Shown: positions 14,351 through 28,066 of the stretch, in pieces
How positions within the stretch are numbered: position 1 is the first letter of the stretch
Layout: each line of letters begins with the position of its first letter
NCBI RefSeq assembly: GCF_028641065.1
Contig: NC_073401.1
Span: 22,196,001 to 22,260,000 of the forward strand
Direction of reading: 5' to 3'
Source of the DNA: Leucoraja erinacea
Taxonomy: Eukaryota
DNA: 64,000 nucleotides
Notes under the pieces: model-generated
What the model was told of the DNA's origin: nothing
The model's input: the letters and a program-made list of their open reading frames with translations, nothing else
The model's database searches: none
Program-made: the position numbers and the translations under genes

Positions 14351-14729
14351 AGCGAAAGCAGCAATTTCATGTCAAAGCTGCAACACAAACGCTCGCTCGC
14401 AATCTTTCCACTTCTCAGCGCGAATACCGGCGTGCACTTGTTCCAAGCGCCGACAAAACTTTCGCACAACTCTGTAAAATTGGATTTCAAGCCATTTCTT
14501 TTGAAATAGCGCGGTATGGAAATAATTGAATGTAAATGCTCTGTTAATAAAAAAAAGAACTACCCAGAACGTGGCGGAACTTGTCAGTTATTTATTTTTT
14601 GTTAATCTGTTCTCTGCTGGTTGGCGGCAGATACTGAAGACGTAACGGCGCAATGTTAAACTCCCTGCGTGTGCTCGGTGACACTGATGAGTTGCTCTTT
14701 CACAATCTCGTCCTTTTCATAACCTAACA

Positions 14730-14940
14730 CGAGCCCCGCTGGCCCCGGATTAATGGCTCGCACCAGCTTTCCAGATGGTCTGCGGAGACTCGGCCCCGGC
14801 AGTAAGTCAAATCATGCCTCGTTTGGAGAAAAACACGTTGGCCATTGACCTTCTGACAGCAATGATTGGCTGCCGAAGCGTGGGAAACGCCAAGAAACTC
14901 GCACTCACGCTTTGCCTTATGGATTTGGAGCTATATATGT
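14730..14940 (+). promoter_or_regulatory. HES5-type Notch promoter module (locus A)
   Basis: CAGATG at 14772, ATTGG, CGTGGGAA 14879-14886 + 15 nt + CACTCACG, TATATAT at 14932. Confidence 0.8.
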
Positions 14941-14990
14941 AGAGAGCGTTGGAAAGAACTGCAGGAGACGAGAGCTTTGAGTATTTCAAC

Positions 14991-15461
14991 GTGACTTCAA
15001 TCAATATCTACATCAGCAATGATCAACCCAACATCGCAGTGGAGGCAAGAATAAATATGTTTACATTTGTAAATGAATGGAATGGGCAATACTTGAATAA
15101 TATTGCATAATATTCATCAACCGATGTTTTCGCCCCGCATAAACACTAAGAAAAATTATATATTTTTTCCCGAAAACAAACTTTTCTGACATTATTCTAT
15201 TTTGATCATCTCTCAATCAACGATTCTTCGGCAGAATGGTCGTGAGCAGGCCCGCTTTGCAGTGACAGTTCGCTTTATGACGACAGTGTGGTCCAAGAAG
15301 AAAATCCCCAACTATTAGAGCACTGTTCAAACCCAGCAGAAGTCTTGGCATCGCACCCCCACTTGTCACCCTGCCAGACCGAGTCAAACATTGACAGTCC
15401 GGAACAGCAAATCCGCGCAGAGCGGGAACATAATGGCATGTCGCAGAACTGGGGGGACTGA
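14991..15461 (+). pseudogene. Degenerate HES5-derived locus A
   Basis: GTG ACT TCA ATC AAT resembles the ATG ACT CCT GCC AAT start of copy 1. ttgcagtgacagttcgctttatgacgac resembles the Orange-domain DNA ttgcaggaggctcttcgatttttctcgac. It ends TGG GGG GAC TGA where TGG AGA CCC TGG (WRPW) is expected. No bHLH exon is recognisable. Confidence 0.5.
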
Positions 15462-18117
15462 CACTTGGACAAAACAAAATCACTGGAGATGTACTTTGTG
15501 GTGAAACGGTATTCCGTTGGGATGAATATTAGTAACATCGTTAAAAAGAAGTGTGTGTGTGTGCAGCAGTAAGTGCTATGTGTGTGTGCTATGTAATTGA
15601 ATAGTTATTTTCATACCGTTTGACTAATAATTTATAATATTTGTAGAATTTTTGAACTGCTATGTATGTAAATTCATAGCGAAAACAGCAGAAATCTCCA
15701 TATCGAGGAATGTATAGTTTGTTCTCATTAAGTTTTTATAACCATATCTGGCGATGTGATAGTAAACATGATTCATGTAACAGAAGCTTGTCATTAGAAG
15801 ACCTTGAACATTCTATTCTGATTATCAGTTTCGTGAATATGAAATGGGAAAAGTCTATGAACTTCCACCTATGGTTTCCCCACGGCAACCCGAGTTAATG
15901 ACAAAAACACCTGCAGACGTTTGAAATCAGAAATAAACGCAAACATGCTGGTAAAACTCAGCAGGTCAGGCTGCATGTGTGGAAGGAGAAAAATTAATGT
16001 TTCAATTCAGACGAAAGGTTTTTTTTATGGTCTTTCTTTTCGATTTTGTATCTGTAATCCATGTATAATTGCGTTTGTGTCTTCTGTCTGAATATGTGCC
16101 TATGCTGCTGCTTCAAACAAGATTTTTCATTGTGAGGTACAGGTATATCACCATACTTGTGCACATGACAATAAACTGGACGATGAAAGTTTAGACCTGA
16201 AAATTTCACGTCTCGGGCTCTTTATCCATAGATGCTGCTTGACCAGCTATTTTTTTTTCATAATTTGTATGGTATTCTTAAAATTAGTTTGGGATGTTAA
16301 TTTGCTACGGTGTGCGAAAAATAACCCTTATTTCGAATAAGCAGAGCCACAAACCTTCTTTTGAAAGAGGTGGCTACAATCATTTAAAGAGATATTCTCA
16401 TTCTTATTTATGCATCGATTGATCTGTTGTGATAATGATATTGTTATCTGAAATTATGGTCTATGTTAGATATCAAATGTTATGGGTGTTTACAGCCTAA
16501 TGCACTGCTGCCATGTCTCATGAAATACATTTAAACTTGCTGCCTAAATGTAACTTGATATAAATTGTTATAATCACAAATTAAAAATATTTTCAAGATG
16601 TCTTCAAATGGAATGGATTGTACAAATACTGGATTACCTTATTTCACACATTTTATTTTCCTCTCACCACTGAGTTGTGATGGAGCCTTTCTCTCCACCC
16701 GAATCCTTAGTGGGAATTGTCTTGCTCACACATCCTTGTCATGTTTATATTCAGGATTTGAAGACAATTAATTATATATTGTGGCTTGAGCTCCCAACTA
16801 AGTATTTCATTTTGAGGTCTCTTGAGGTTGATCTAAACTCAAAAATGCTGCTTTTGTTTTCTTAAGTTAAATATTTTATTTGCTTAGAACTAAGAGGCAG
16901 CATCGTGACTCGGGTACAAGAGCCACGGCCCCACAGCACCAGTGACTCGAGATCAATCTTGACAAATAGTGCTATCTGTGTGAATTTTTAATGTGTTTCT
17001 TGTGACTACATGAGTTTCCTTTGGATGCTCCAGTTTACTATAACATTCCACAATGTTCCAGGGTGAGTTCCAAAAAAGTGAGATTCATGGTTAATGTGGG
17101 TTCTGTGTGATAAACGGTCTGTTTCTGTACCGAATTATTCTGATTCTATCAATCTTGCAAAAACAGAAATTACAATCCGCAATCAATATAGTTCTTGTTC
17201 TGTGTATTATACCCAAACTCACTAGCATACAACATGGACTAGAACCTCTAATGTGATCAGACAGCACTCTTACACCATGCCGTTCCTCAAAGACCCATTG
17301 CATCAGATGCATCCTGCTTATGAATGTCACAGTAAATACCCTGGAAACTTGGAGTGGGTTAGACTGTAACATTTGGTGACTGACAACTCCAGTTGGAAGT
17401 TGCAGGCAGATTACATGGCTGCTTTTATCCAGTCAGTGCAGATAGAATCTGTTTTTTCCCTCATGAGAGTTAGCATGTAAAAACTCAATGTCCTGTTTTA
17501 GTGGCTTACTTGAATAAAATAGAATGGTAATGCACTATTCTCACAGTGGAAAGAAACATTCATCAAGGGTTGTAACATGCTATCATTGAACCTTGGACAG
17601 CAAGCAGAAGCACTGAGGTTCCAGGCATATGGAAAATACTAAACCAGGGTATCCTTCGTTATTAGCATCCAGGCAACATTCTAGTGGCTGTTAATCAGTA
17701 CAAGTGAGAAAATATTTGGCAAATGGCATTGAACAACAAAGCAGAAAATAAACCTGAAATCTCCCCACTCTCCTGAACATGCAGAAACACATTTCAGTCA
17801 GTTTGTTCATTGCGTAAAGACTTTCTGAGCATAGATTGTTTTCCTTCAGGAGCATGGCACGTGGAAGTGATGTGACCTGCTTGGTCAAAATATACTGGCA
17901 AAGCTCAGGAGATAGGTAGAAACTCAGCATGTAATTTAACTTAGTATTTACATACCAGAATGGCAAAGACCTACTAAGGTTCACTCCACACTTTTCTGGA
18001 CAAAATGAAAGATGGTCAGTTATTGATGATAGCGGTCTAATGAAATACAGGTCATAGTCAGGGAGTAAACCCTAAATATTTGCAGCAGGAGTTTAATAAC
18101 CAACTTATTTTCAATTA

Positions 18118-18437
18118 NNNNNNNNNNNNNNNNNNNNNNNNNNNNNNNNNNNNNNNNNNNNNNNNNNNNNNNNNNNNNNNNNNNNNNNNNNNNNNNNNNN
18201 NNNNNNNNNNNNNNNNNNNNNNNNNNNNNNNNNNNNNNNNNNNNNNNNNNNNNNNNNNNNNNNNNNNNNNNNNNNNNNNNNNNNNNNNNNNNNNNNNNNN
18301 NNNNNNNNNNNNNNNNNNNNNNNNNNNNNNNNNNNNNNNNNNNNNNNNNNNNNNNNNNNNNNNNNNNNNNNNNNNNNNNNNNNNNNNNNNNNNNNNNNNN
18401 NNNNNNNNNNNNNNNNNNNNNNNNNNNNNNNNNNNNN
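18118..18437. other. Assembly gap
   Basis: N run. Confidence 1.
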
Positions 18438-21400
18438 CAGATTTTGTTTGGCAGTGATAGCTTGGTATTTCTATCTGCTGGTACAGATCTAGTCCCCACC
18501 CCCTGACTGCATGGTGAAGTATACAAAAGGGCTGGAAAAGGTTTTGGTCTTACTCCAACAACTCTAGTCTGGTACCCGAGGTGAACATATAGATGCTGCG
18601 ACCACCCACCGCTACAATGGGTAATGTACAGTAAACAATTAATGTACCAGAAGGTCTTTGGGATGTGGATGGAAACCAGGGCACCTGAAGAAAACTCACA
18701 CAGTCGTAGGGAGAGCATGCAAATTCCACACACATATAACTTGATGTCACGTTCAAACCCAGTTTGCCCAATCTATGAGACAGCAGCAGTAACACTGTCC
18801 TCCTGTACTGTCTGAATGCACTATTGGTTGAAGATTCCCATGAGCCAAATGCAAGTACGGGGAAACTTCTGCAGATTTTTCTTGTTAGTTTGTGGGAGGA
18901 GTTATAATTTGTGGTGATGAGCAAAATGCACCTCAAATATGGACTGAATTCAGTTTGGTAGCGGTAATGAGTCCCGGAGATGAAAAGGAACAGACCTGCA
19001 AACAGACCTGACCTTTCTGTGCATGCTCTCTAACTATCGTAAACAGTTTAAGATTAGTCTCAATAATGGAACCTGCCATTTGGAATTTAAACAGAGGAAA
19101 TGTGTTTGTCAATCATATCTCCACTCTTGTCTCTCTGGAAATGTTTCAGTTTGGTTCCACAATCACGATTCAGTTTGGATCATAGGGGTCTTATCAGAAA
19201 CATTCCTATGTTTTCCAAGCTCAGCAAGCTAAAGTAAGTAAATCACAAGCTTCACTATTTTATTTTACAAAATTGAAAAGATCTCGTTTTCTGGCGTTGC
19301 AATTCGCTGCCTTCCAAAAGGACACCTGGCTAAATGTCAATTGGCCACTTGAATATGCTCCCAAAAGGGAAAAAGGCAAGAATTTGCAGAACTGTGTGAA
19401 GTGGGAGTGAGAGGTAGAAGTGAGTAGCTGGATTTCTCTGCAGAGAGCCAGAACGTACTTGAGGGGTCGAATGGTTTTGAATCTGTCACCTTATTCTTTG
19501 TACCAAAGCGAATCATTTCAGATTTCCCCCATTACACCCCATCTGCCTTTTTTTTTGTTCAATTCGTAACCCTCTGCAAACTAATTGAGCCCTACCTTTG
19601 TAATATCGGCAATGAGTTTCGGCCTCAGGTTTTGTCTGCTGGCGGTGTTGCGAAATGCTCGGTTGTGCGATGTGATATAAAGCTGTTATATAAAGGGATT
19701 TTTATTGTTGCTGTAAATACATTGCTTGAAATTCGGCGGAGAGGAGAATTCCTTGTTACGAGTTTTTTTTAATAGCTGTACGCGTTTTTTTGACACTTGA
19801 GATTCCTTTCCCGCAGGCACGGGTTATTGAAGGCAGGCACGGGTTATTGATTGGGGCCGATCATCCATGATCACAATGAATGGCGGTGCTGTCTCGAAGG
19901 GCCGAATGGCCTCCTCCTGCATCTATTTTCTATGTTTCTATGTTTCTGACACGTGTAAGCCAATTCACAACACTAACAAACCAACATGTTATGAATGCTA
20001 AGCACACAAGTCAGTATGTAAAACAAAAACCTAAATGTTGAAAATCTGCAACTATAACTAAAGATACTGGAAATACTCAGCAGGTAATTATTTGTGGAGA
20101 AAAAAAAACAGTATTAATGTTTCAAGTCAAAAACACCTTCCGCCAAAACTGGGATAGAGAGATTAGAAAAGTTATTTTCACTCTTCCCGACACTTTCTCT
20201 GCAACTTAAATGCTTTTTAAAACTGTTCTCCAGTTCCGTGGAACGGTCACCGAATTGAAGATGCACTCTCTTTCCATATAGGTTGCCTGGCCTACTGAGT
20301 GTTTCCATCAGTTTTGATTTTTGTTTTCGAATTCCAGCGTCCAAATGTCTTTTTTTTAATTGTGGGTTTGGAGAACGGCACTTCTAACTTGGGTCTCTTA
20401 TCAAAACTGGGTATCTTAAGTATGTATAGGAAAGAACTGCAGATGCTGGTTTAAACCGAACATATGACACAAAAAGCTGGAGCAACTCAGCGGGTCAGAT
20501 GGCATCTCTGGATAGAAGGAATGGGTGACAGTCAGTCTGAACGTCACGTTTCGGGTCGAGGCCCTTCTCCATACTGACCGTCACCCATTCCTTTACTCCA
20601 GGGATGCCGTCTGACCCGCTAAGTTATCTTAGGTTTGTACACCACTGTGTACAAAGGACAGAAAAATACATATAACCACAGAAGAGTGAATTGTAAAGTG
20701 ATTACACGGGAAACAAGACAGGTGTATAATAGCTTGAGGCAACAGTGGTAGTCTCTGGAAAGGACTGGCAGAGAGAAAATGCAGAAACGATCGAAGCTCT
20801 TGTTTACTATCTTTAAGCCGTACGCCGTTCTCGTGTATGGTTCTTTTGGTGTGAGATTCTCCCCAGCTCCTTCGTTTTACTGTTTCCATCTTCACCAGTA
20901 ATGTTCTTTCTCCGTGTTGAAGATGCATCACGGGTTTAACTTTAATCTTTCTGGTTCCCTACAGTTGTAGACTGACTGGCCCGTCTTGTAACATGTGTTT
21001 CTTTTAACACCCTCGCCGTGGCAAGCTACAAAGAGTTAAACATTCAGCCCAGCCAGCGTTATCCATCATTATGTGTGAACCCAAGCCAATTAGAAACGGC
21101 AAATTCTCGTGCAGTCGAGAAACATAGATCTACTTAATTTGAATTCTCCGGACACGTGCCGCCCTGTGATCATCCCGAAAGGAAGGGGGGGGGGGGGGGG
21201 GGGGGGGGTGTTAGTTTTATGGAGTGGCAAGGGTTTGAGGTGTCGCTGGAAGGATTTGCGAAGTATCCCACCACAATAAATCTACTGACGCTGAACCTAT
21301 TTACGTGTGAATGAATCACAGTTCCGCTATTCCCGTAACCACGTCGTTTATGAATTCGAGTACATTTTCCCATTTTTATTTTAGCCATGCTACAAGTTTA

Positions 21401-22419
21401 ACTTTAAATCGCCAGAATGAAAAATGTTTTGGTCTGTCCCAGGAGAGTTGTGGATGGAGCGGGTGGTTATTTGCCGTGGTTCCTAACCCTTGGGGGCGCG
21501 CTGGCTTTTACGCCCAGCGCTTTCGCATGGTTATATTTTCCGGAGAATAGTTCAAATAGTAATCATTGGAAAATGAATTTCAGCAAAAAATGATTGTAGA
21601 ACTCAAATACGAAACAACACGGCGAGCAATTACAATGCAGAATTAATCCAACGTGTGTGACTGCGGTACGATTAGGAGGTGCTAGACGCATGTAAAATCA
21701 TTGATTTGTTTGGAGTTCAAATAAAAATATTCATGGCAGAATATTACAGGAAATACAAACCAGTACCTAGCTTTCTTCACATTCATATTGTCATCAAGTC
21801 ATAGATAAATTGATCTTCAATGAACCGCCAGGGTCTCTGATGTTGATACAGAGGCGCGCAGCTGTGACCAACCTATGACCCTCCCTGTGCTGAGATTTGC
21901 CTCAGTTTCCCACGTGCCGCGGACAAAGGAATCCGTTCACTTGCTGTGATTCACTGAGGCGCGAATGAGTTCATTCATCCGAGCGGGGGGCGGGGGAGAG
22001 CTCGGGGTGGGCAGTCTACAATAGACTGTAAATCCAAAAGATCACTCCCCTCCCTCAGCGCCAGCTCTTCAAAGACCCGTGTCAGAAGAGGAAACAGTCA
22101 GACAACTTCTCTTTTCTAGCCTTTTTGCCACATTTAAATTTCAACGCCCTAGAAAAATGTGATTGAATTAGATCGTTGTTTTTAAATATAACTTGGATCC
22201 GAAAACTGAAATGGAAATCATTGCAACCGACAGGAAGTTATATGTTTGCATGTTTCTTTATTAAGCCCTGAGACTGTAATTAAAGGGAACTCACAAGTAT
22301 ATATCAACAAATAATCCATTTAGCTCTGAATTGAGGAGACGCGGTCGGCAGAGCTGATTGTTTTGGTCCAGTGCGGCTTGCCACGTGTGAGACCAATCTC
22401 TCCGCCTGTTCTCAGGACC

Positions 22420-22625
22420 TTACACGAGCTCCGCTGGCGAAGGATTACTGACTCACGCCACGGCTCCAGATGGTCCCCTTGAGAGCCGGCTCCAATAAAA
22501 AAAAAGTCAAATACTCAGTGGACAATTTTTCATTCAGAAAGAGAAGCTTCTCATTGTCTCTCTGGCCCCGGCGATTGGATTCCGAGTGTGGGAATCGGCT
22601 GGAAACTCGCACCCACACTTCTGTT
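22420..22625 (+). promoter_or_regulatory. HES5-type promoter module without TATA (locus B)
   Basis: CAGATG at 22467, CATTGT, ATTGG, TGTGGGAA 22587-22594 + 15 nt + CACCCACA. Followed by a possible exon-1 remnant (ATG at about 22697, gtatgt at about 22750) and CR1 insertions. Confidence 0.75.
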
Positions 22626-22825
22626 TTGATCTGAAGGGTTGTTGTTTTTGTTTGTGCCAGAGGCTGTATCTCTCCCTTCTCCCAGATGACATAATAATGG
22701 AAGACATTTCAGGGAAGGGAATCTTAGCTAAAAGCAGGGCAAAAATGCGGTATGTTCAGCATTAATTTACACTATTATTGCCCATAATATATAACGGCCA
22801 AAAAATAGGCCGGAATACTGTACAC

Positions 22826-23843
22826 AGAAATATAGAAAATAGGTGCAGGAGTAGGCCATTCGGCCCTTCGAGCCTGCACCGCCATTCAATATGATCATGG
22901 CTGATCATCTAACTCAGTACCCTGTACCTGCCTTCTCTCCATACCCTCTGATACCTTTAGCCACAAGGACCACATCTAACTCCCTCTTAAATATAGCCGA
23001 TGAACTGGCCTCAACTACCTTCTGTGGCAGAGAATTCCAGAGATTCGCCGCTCTGTGTCAAAAATGTTTTTTTCATCTCGGTCCTAAAAGATTTCCCCTT
23101 TATCCTTAAACAGTGACCCCTTGTACAGGGTTGAGGAAGACCAGGCACGGCATCCGGAAAGAGATATTGAAACTCTATACATGTGTTTGCCGATATGAAC
23201 CTTATCTGTACTCCCTCTATGGCAAGAATGTCCTTCCTCAGATTACGAGACCAAAACTGTAGCAATACTCCAGGTGTGGTCTCACCAAGACCCTGTACAA
23301 CTGCAGTAGAACCTCCCTGCTCCTATACTCAAATCCTTGTGCTATGAATGCTAACATATCATTCGCTTTCTTTTCCGGAGTACAGAGAAGGTTCACCAGA
23401 CTGATTCCTGTGATGTCAGGACTTTAATATGAAGAAAGACTGGATAGATTCGATCTTATAGAAACTTACAAAATTCTTAAAGGGTTGGACAGGCTAGATG
23501 CAGGAAGATTGTTCTCGATGTTGGGGAAGTCCAGAACAGGGGGTCACAGTTTAAGGATAAGGGGGAAATACTTTAGGATCGAGATGAGAAAAACATTTTT
23601 CACACAGAGAGTGGTGAATCTCTGGAATTATCTGCCACAGAATGTAGTTGAGGCCAGTTTATTAGCTATATTTAAGAGGGAGTTAGATGTGGCCCTTGTG
23701 GCTAAAGGGATCAGAAGTATGGAGAGAAGGCAGGAACAGGATATTGAGTTGGATGATCAGCCATGATCACATTGAATGGCGGTGCAGGCTCGAAGGGCCG
23801 AATGAACCTACTCCTGCACCTATTTTCTATGTTTCGATGTTTC
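22826..23843. mobile_element. CR1 composite: 22826-23123 (-), 23196-23372 (-), 23377-23843 (+)
   Basis: Young CR1 subfamily (LDRLDAGRLF..RTEMRK..VVNLWN) in both orientations. Confidence 0.9.
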
Positions 23844-24029
23844 TATTCCCTCGAAAGGATCGAGTTCCCGACGGACTAACTGAGACGCAAACCCAAATCG
23901 AGCAGCTCGCTCCCAAGCTGTTTGACTTTTGAATTGCGCCTTTTGGACGACCCTCTAGTGTACTCCTGACAGAAGCACCAGATGTGGGCCTTGCCCATAT
24001 CCCACCATAGCCACACGGAGTGAGGTAAC

Positions 24030-24355
24030 CAGCTTATTTTAAATCAAAAAATGTATTCAATCATTAAAAATAATATTTACAGTCCAATAAAACAAAACAG
24101 AACCCAGCACCATAATACAAGACAAACAAATATACTAAATTAACTACTATACAACTACGATACAATCCTTGTCAAGGATGCATTCAACCTCCCGCGGTAC
24201 CCAGCAGTCCTGGAAACCGCCTGGACAGCTCGTAGTCCCTCTCTAACACCACCAGGGCATGGACGTAACTCCAGAAAATGGGAAGTAACCAGCTTGGAGG
24301 GGATGGTGGTGTTGAACGCCGAGCTGTAGTCTATAAACAATAGCCTGACAAGTGT
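24030..24355 (-). mobile_element. Rex1-like RT fragment with another nested LINE 3' end
   Basis: VRLLFIDYSSAFNTTIPSKLVT; gtaaccagctt is repeated at about 24026 and 24286, flanking the insert. Confidence 0.55.
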
Positions 24356-24504
24356 TTTTATTGTCCAAGTGGTCCAGTTCAGAGTGGACCCCTCTTCAAT
24401 GTCTCCTTTAAGTTGGCTTCGCTTTTCATCTACCTGTGCTTTCAATGAATAGGGCACAAGTTGCTGTTCACCGTGGATATGTCTGGCCCCTAGTTTTATA
24501 TGCG

Positions 24505-25217
24505 TATAAACATGATGCTGGTGGACACCAATTTACGACTTTTAAACATATTATTATAGAAACTGCATAGCAGCTATAGACTGGTTTTGACAACGTTACA
24601 CAGAATATTTGTTTTCCAGTCAGTCTCTTCCCAGCAATGTTAGTCTGATAACATAAGCAGTTGCTGTAGGTGGTGACATTATCTTCTGCCTATTATGCAT
24701 CCAATTGTCTTCATATGTTCAGTGTCTCACAAAAAAACGTTTTTTTTTTACCCTAAAACAGTTCTCCACAATGGCACCTTGCTGAACTTCCAATGAGAAG
24801 TATTCCTTCCCACAATGGAACAGGCTGCAAATATTTTAATCTTTCTCTCAAAGTCTTGATTATTGCTCCCAAGTTGTGAAGTTGCTATTGCTACTTTATA
24901 TCCCAGCTAATTGCCGTGATTGTACTGATCGCCATACGGTAACACAACACAGATACAGGCCCTTCAGCCCACTATGTCTATGCTCCTCTATCAATTACCC
25001 ACATATACTAAACACATATAAACTTGATGCTGGTGGATACCAATTTACGACTTTTAAACATATTATTATAGAAACTGCATAGCAGCTATAGCCTGGTTTT
25101 GACAAAGTTACACAGAATATTTTTTTTTCCAGTCAGTCTCTTCCCAGCAATATTAGTCTGTTAACATAAGCAGTTGCTGTAGATGGTGACATTATCTTCT
25201 GCCTATTATGCATCCAA
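24505..25217 (+). repeat. ~200-bp direct duplication (24505-24704 / 25017-25217)
   Basis: tgatgctggtgga...tattatgcatccaa occurs twice with few mismatches. Confidence 0.9.
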
Positions 25218-25337
25218 CAGTTTGCACATTTCATTGCATTTCTTTTATATATCATCTATCCAAATTGTGTGTAACCTCCCTCCTGGAATTATTCCCCTTC
25301 TGCTTGAACTTTGCATGACTTCACTATTGCGAAATAC

Positions 25338-25862
25338 TTTCTTGCCATAGAGGGAGTACAGAGAAGGTTCACCAGACTGATTCCTGGGATGGCAGGACTT
25401 TCACATGAAGAAAGACTGGGTAGACTCGGCTTGTACTCGCTAGAATTTAGAAGATTGAGGGGGGATCTTATAGAAACTTACAAAATTCTTAAGTGGTTGG
25501 ACAGGATAGATGCAGGAAGATTGTTCCTGATGTTGGGGTAGTCCAGAACAAGGGGTCACGGTTTATAAGGATAAGGGGGAAGTCTTTTAAGACCGAGATG
25601 AGAAAAAACATTTTTCACACAGAGTGTGGTGAATCTGTGGAATTCTCTGCCACAGAAGGTAGTTGAGGCAAGTTCATTGGCTATATTTAAGAGGGAGTTA
25701 GATGTGGCCCTTGTGACTAAAGGGATCAGGGGGTATGGAGAGAAGGCTGGTACAGGATACTGAGTTGGATGATCAGCCATGATCATATTGAATGGCGGTG
25801 CAGGCTCGAGGAGCCGAATGGCCTACTCCTGCATCTATTTTCTATGTTTCTATGTTTCTATT
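25338..25862 (+). mobile_element. CR1 3' fragment
   Basis: AIEGVQRRFTRLIPGM...RLRGDLIETYKIL with a (TTTCTATG)n tail. Confidence 0.92.
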
Positions 25863-26222
25863 CTAGTTCAATGTGTTCTGTTTAGCCATTGCACATATAG
25901 ATAATGTCCACTTGTTTGCACACATTTACAGCTTGCTTGAGCTGAGTTCTTCCCAAGGCAATTAGTCCGGCATTTCCTGCCATAACAGTTTTTCACACCT
26001 CTCCCTCTGATGTGCAAACCAGAAAACAGTTAGTCACACCGTGCAATCCTTAAATCCTTAAAAGCAGCCAGAGCAAAAACAATGTTGACAATCAATATTA
26101 AACATACTACCGAAATATTTGTCACATCTGTTCTCGCGCACTATTTCCATATTATATATTTGAAATACTTGCACATGATATGAACCTATGCCATACTGTA
26201 TCAACGAATACACGTGGGAATA

Positions 26223-28066
26223 TTCAGGTAAAGTAAAATATAAATTATCATAATACAGCATTAACCACAAAGGCGTTGAACCTATCTTGTGCATACAATG
26301 GTTGCACGGTTGTCAATGGTGTGATTAAAATATTTCGGGCCGCTCGACAGATTGCTTTTCAACATTCTACGGTCTTGAGGATTCTTATTGTTTGCACGTG
26401 CTGCACTTCTCCAAACTGCAGAATAAATTCAAGATAAGGAATTACCCGTACTCTGGGAAATACACCATATAGTAACATCAAGCAAAGGTATAAAAGCTGC
26501 CTCTATCCTTGATTTCAGTTTGTTATGTAAAAATTGGCAGTGGGAAAATTCTGCTTGTGTTATGCACACTTCGTTGTTACTTTTACCAACTTTCAGTAAT
26601 GACCTTTTGCTTATTACGAGCAACGACACCGGCGTTTGTAGTACAAGCTTAAATGCCCAATTCCGATGACAATGACAACTCGTTTAGCGGCTTGTACATG
26701 TAACTACCCGCGAAGTACGTCTGGGAATATTTCTCGTGTCAGAATGTCCCGCAACTTTGACAACAACGTGGTATTCATGGTCCCCGCCCAGTATTTCGCG
26801 TTTTTGAAAGTGTGTGTGAGGCAGTTTCTGTAGCCTCTTTCTCACGAGTTGACGATTAGCAGAGGTTGAGTCTAACAGCTGCATCTCAAACAATTTGCAT
26901 CCGACACCAGCAATTTCACAAAGTTCCCCCTGATTTGCATGGAAGCACTTGGATAAAATATTTTAAAAACAAACGGAATAAAAAAAACAACATTGCCGTC
27001 CTGTTTTCCGGGTGGCGATGAACCTTGTTTAATGTCTCTATAATGTCACAAAATATACCTAAAAAATGCATCACTTATACTACGATATTATATCTTCATA
27101 ACTATTTTGTGGCATGTCCCCCATTGTAAACTATATCTCAGTAAAATGTGTTTCCTTTAAAACAATATTTTCCTGGGATGTCAGGACTTTCATATGAAGA
27201 AAGACTGGATAGACTCAGCTTGTTCTCGCTAGAATTTAGAAGATTGAGGGGGGGTCTTATAGAAACTTACAAAATTCTTAACGGGTTGGACAGGCAATGT
27301 TGTTTATTATTCCGTTTGTTTTTAAAATATTTTACCCAAATGCTTCCATGCAAATCAAGGGGAACTTTGTGAAATTGCTGGTGTCGGATGCAAATTGTTT
27401 GAGATGCAGCTGTTAGACTCAACCTCTGCTCATCGTCAACTCGTGAGAAAGAGGCTAAAGAAACTGCCTCACGCACACTTTCAAAAATCACGAAATACTG
27501 GGCGGGGACCATGAATACCACGTTGTTGTCAAAGTCGCGGGACATTCTGACACGAGAAATATTCCCAGACGTACTTCGCGGGTAGTTAAAGGTACAAGCC
27601 GCTAAACGAGTTGTCATTGTCATCGGAATTGGGCATTTAAGTTTGTACTACAAACGCCGGTGTCGTTGCTCGTAATAAGCAAAAGGTCATTACTGAAAGT
27701 TGGAAAAAGTAACAACGAAGTGTGCATAACACAAGCAGAATTTTCCCACTGCCATTTTTTACATAACAAACTGAAATCAAGGATAGAGGCAACTTTTACA
27801 TCTTTGTTTGATGTTGCTATATGGTGCATTTCACAGAGTACGGGTAATTCCTTTCCTTGGATTTATTCTGTAGTTTGGAGAAGTGCAGCACGCGCAGATA
27901 ATAAGAATCCTCAAGGCCGTAGAATGTTGAAAAGCAATCTGTCGAGCGGCCCGAAATATTTTAATCTCACCATTGACAACCGTACAACCATTGTATGCAC
28001 AAGATAGGTCCAACGCCTTTGTGGTTAATGCTGTATTATCATAATTTATATTTTACTTTCCCTGAA
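26223..28066. repeat. Inverted duplication, arms 26223-26997 and 27293-28066
   Basis: Arms are reverse complements with scattered mismatches; mirrored ORFs 26429-26629 (-) and 27660-28007 (+). Confidence 0.95.

Noticed and set aside
18020-18733. Long ORFs spanning N runs (also 40836-41171 and 51171-51892)
   Set aside because: Artefacts of assembly gaps.
23845-24025. Possible HES5 exon-3 remnant of locus B (and 50290-50480 for locus E)
   Set aside because: Similarity is too weak by eye to call; needs a profile alignment.
27267-28013. Mirrored ORFs in the inverted repeat as a transposase or duplicated gene
   Set aside because: Stops differ between the arms and there are no DDE or other motifs; they are a by-product of the duplication.
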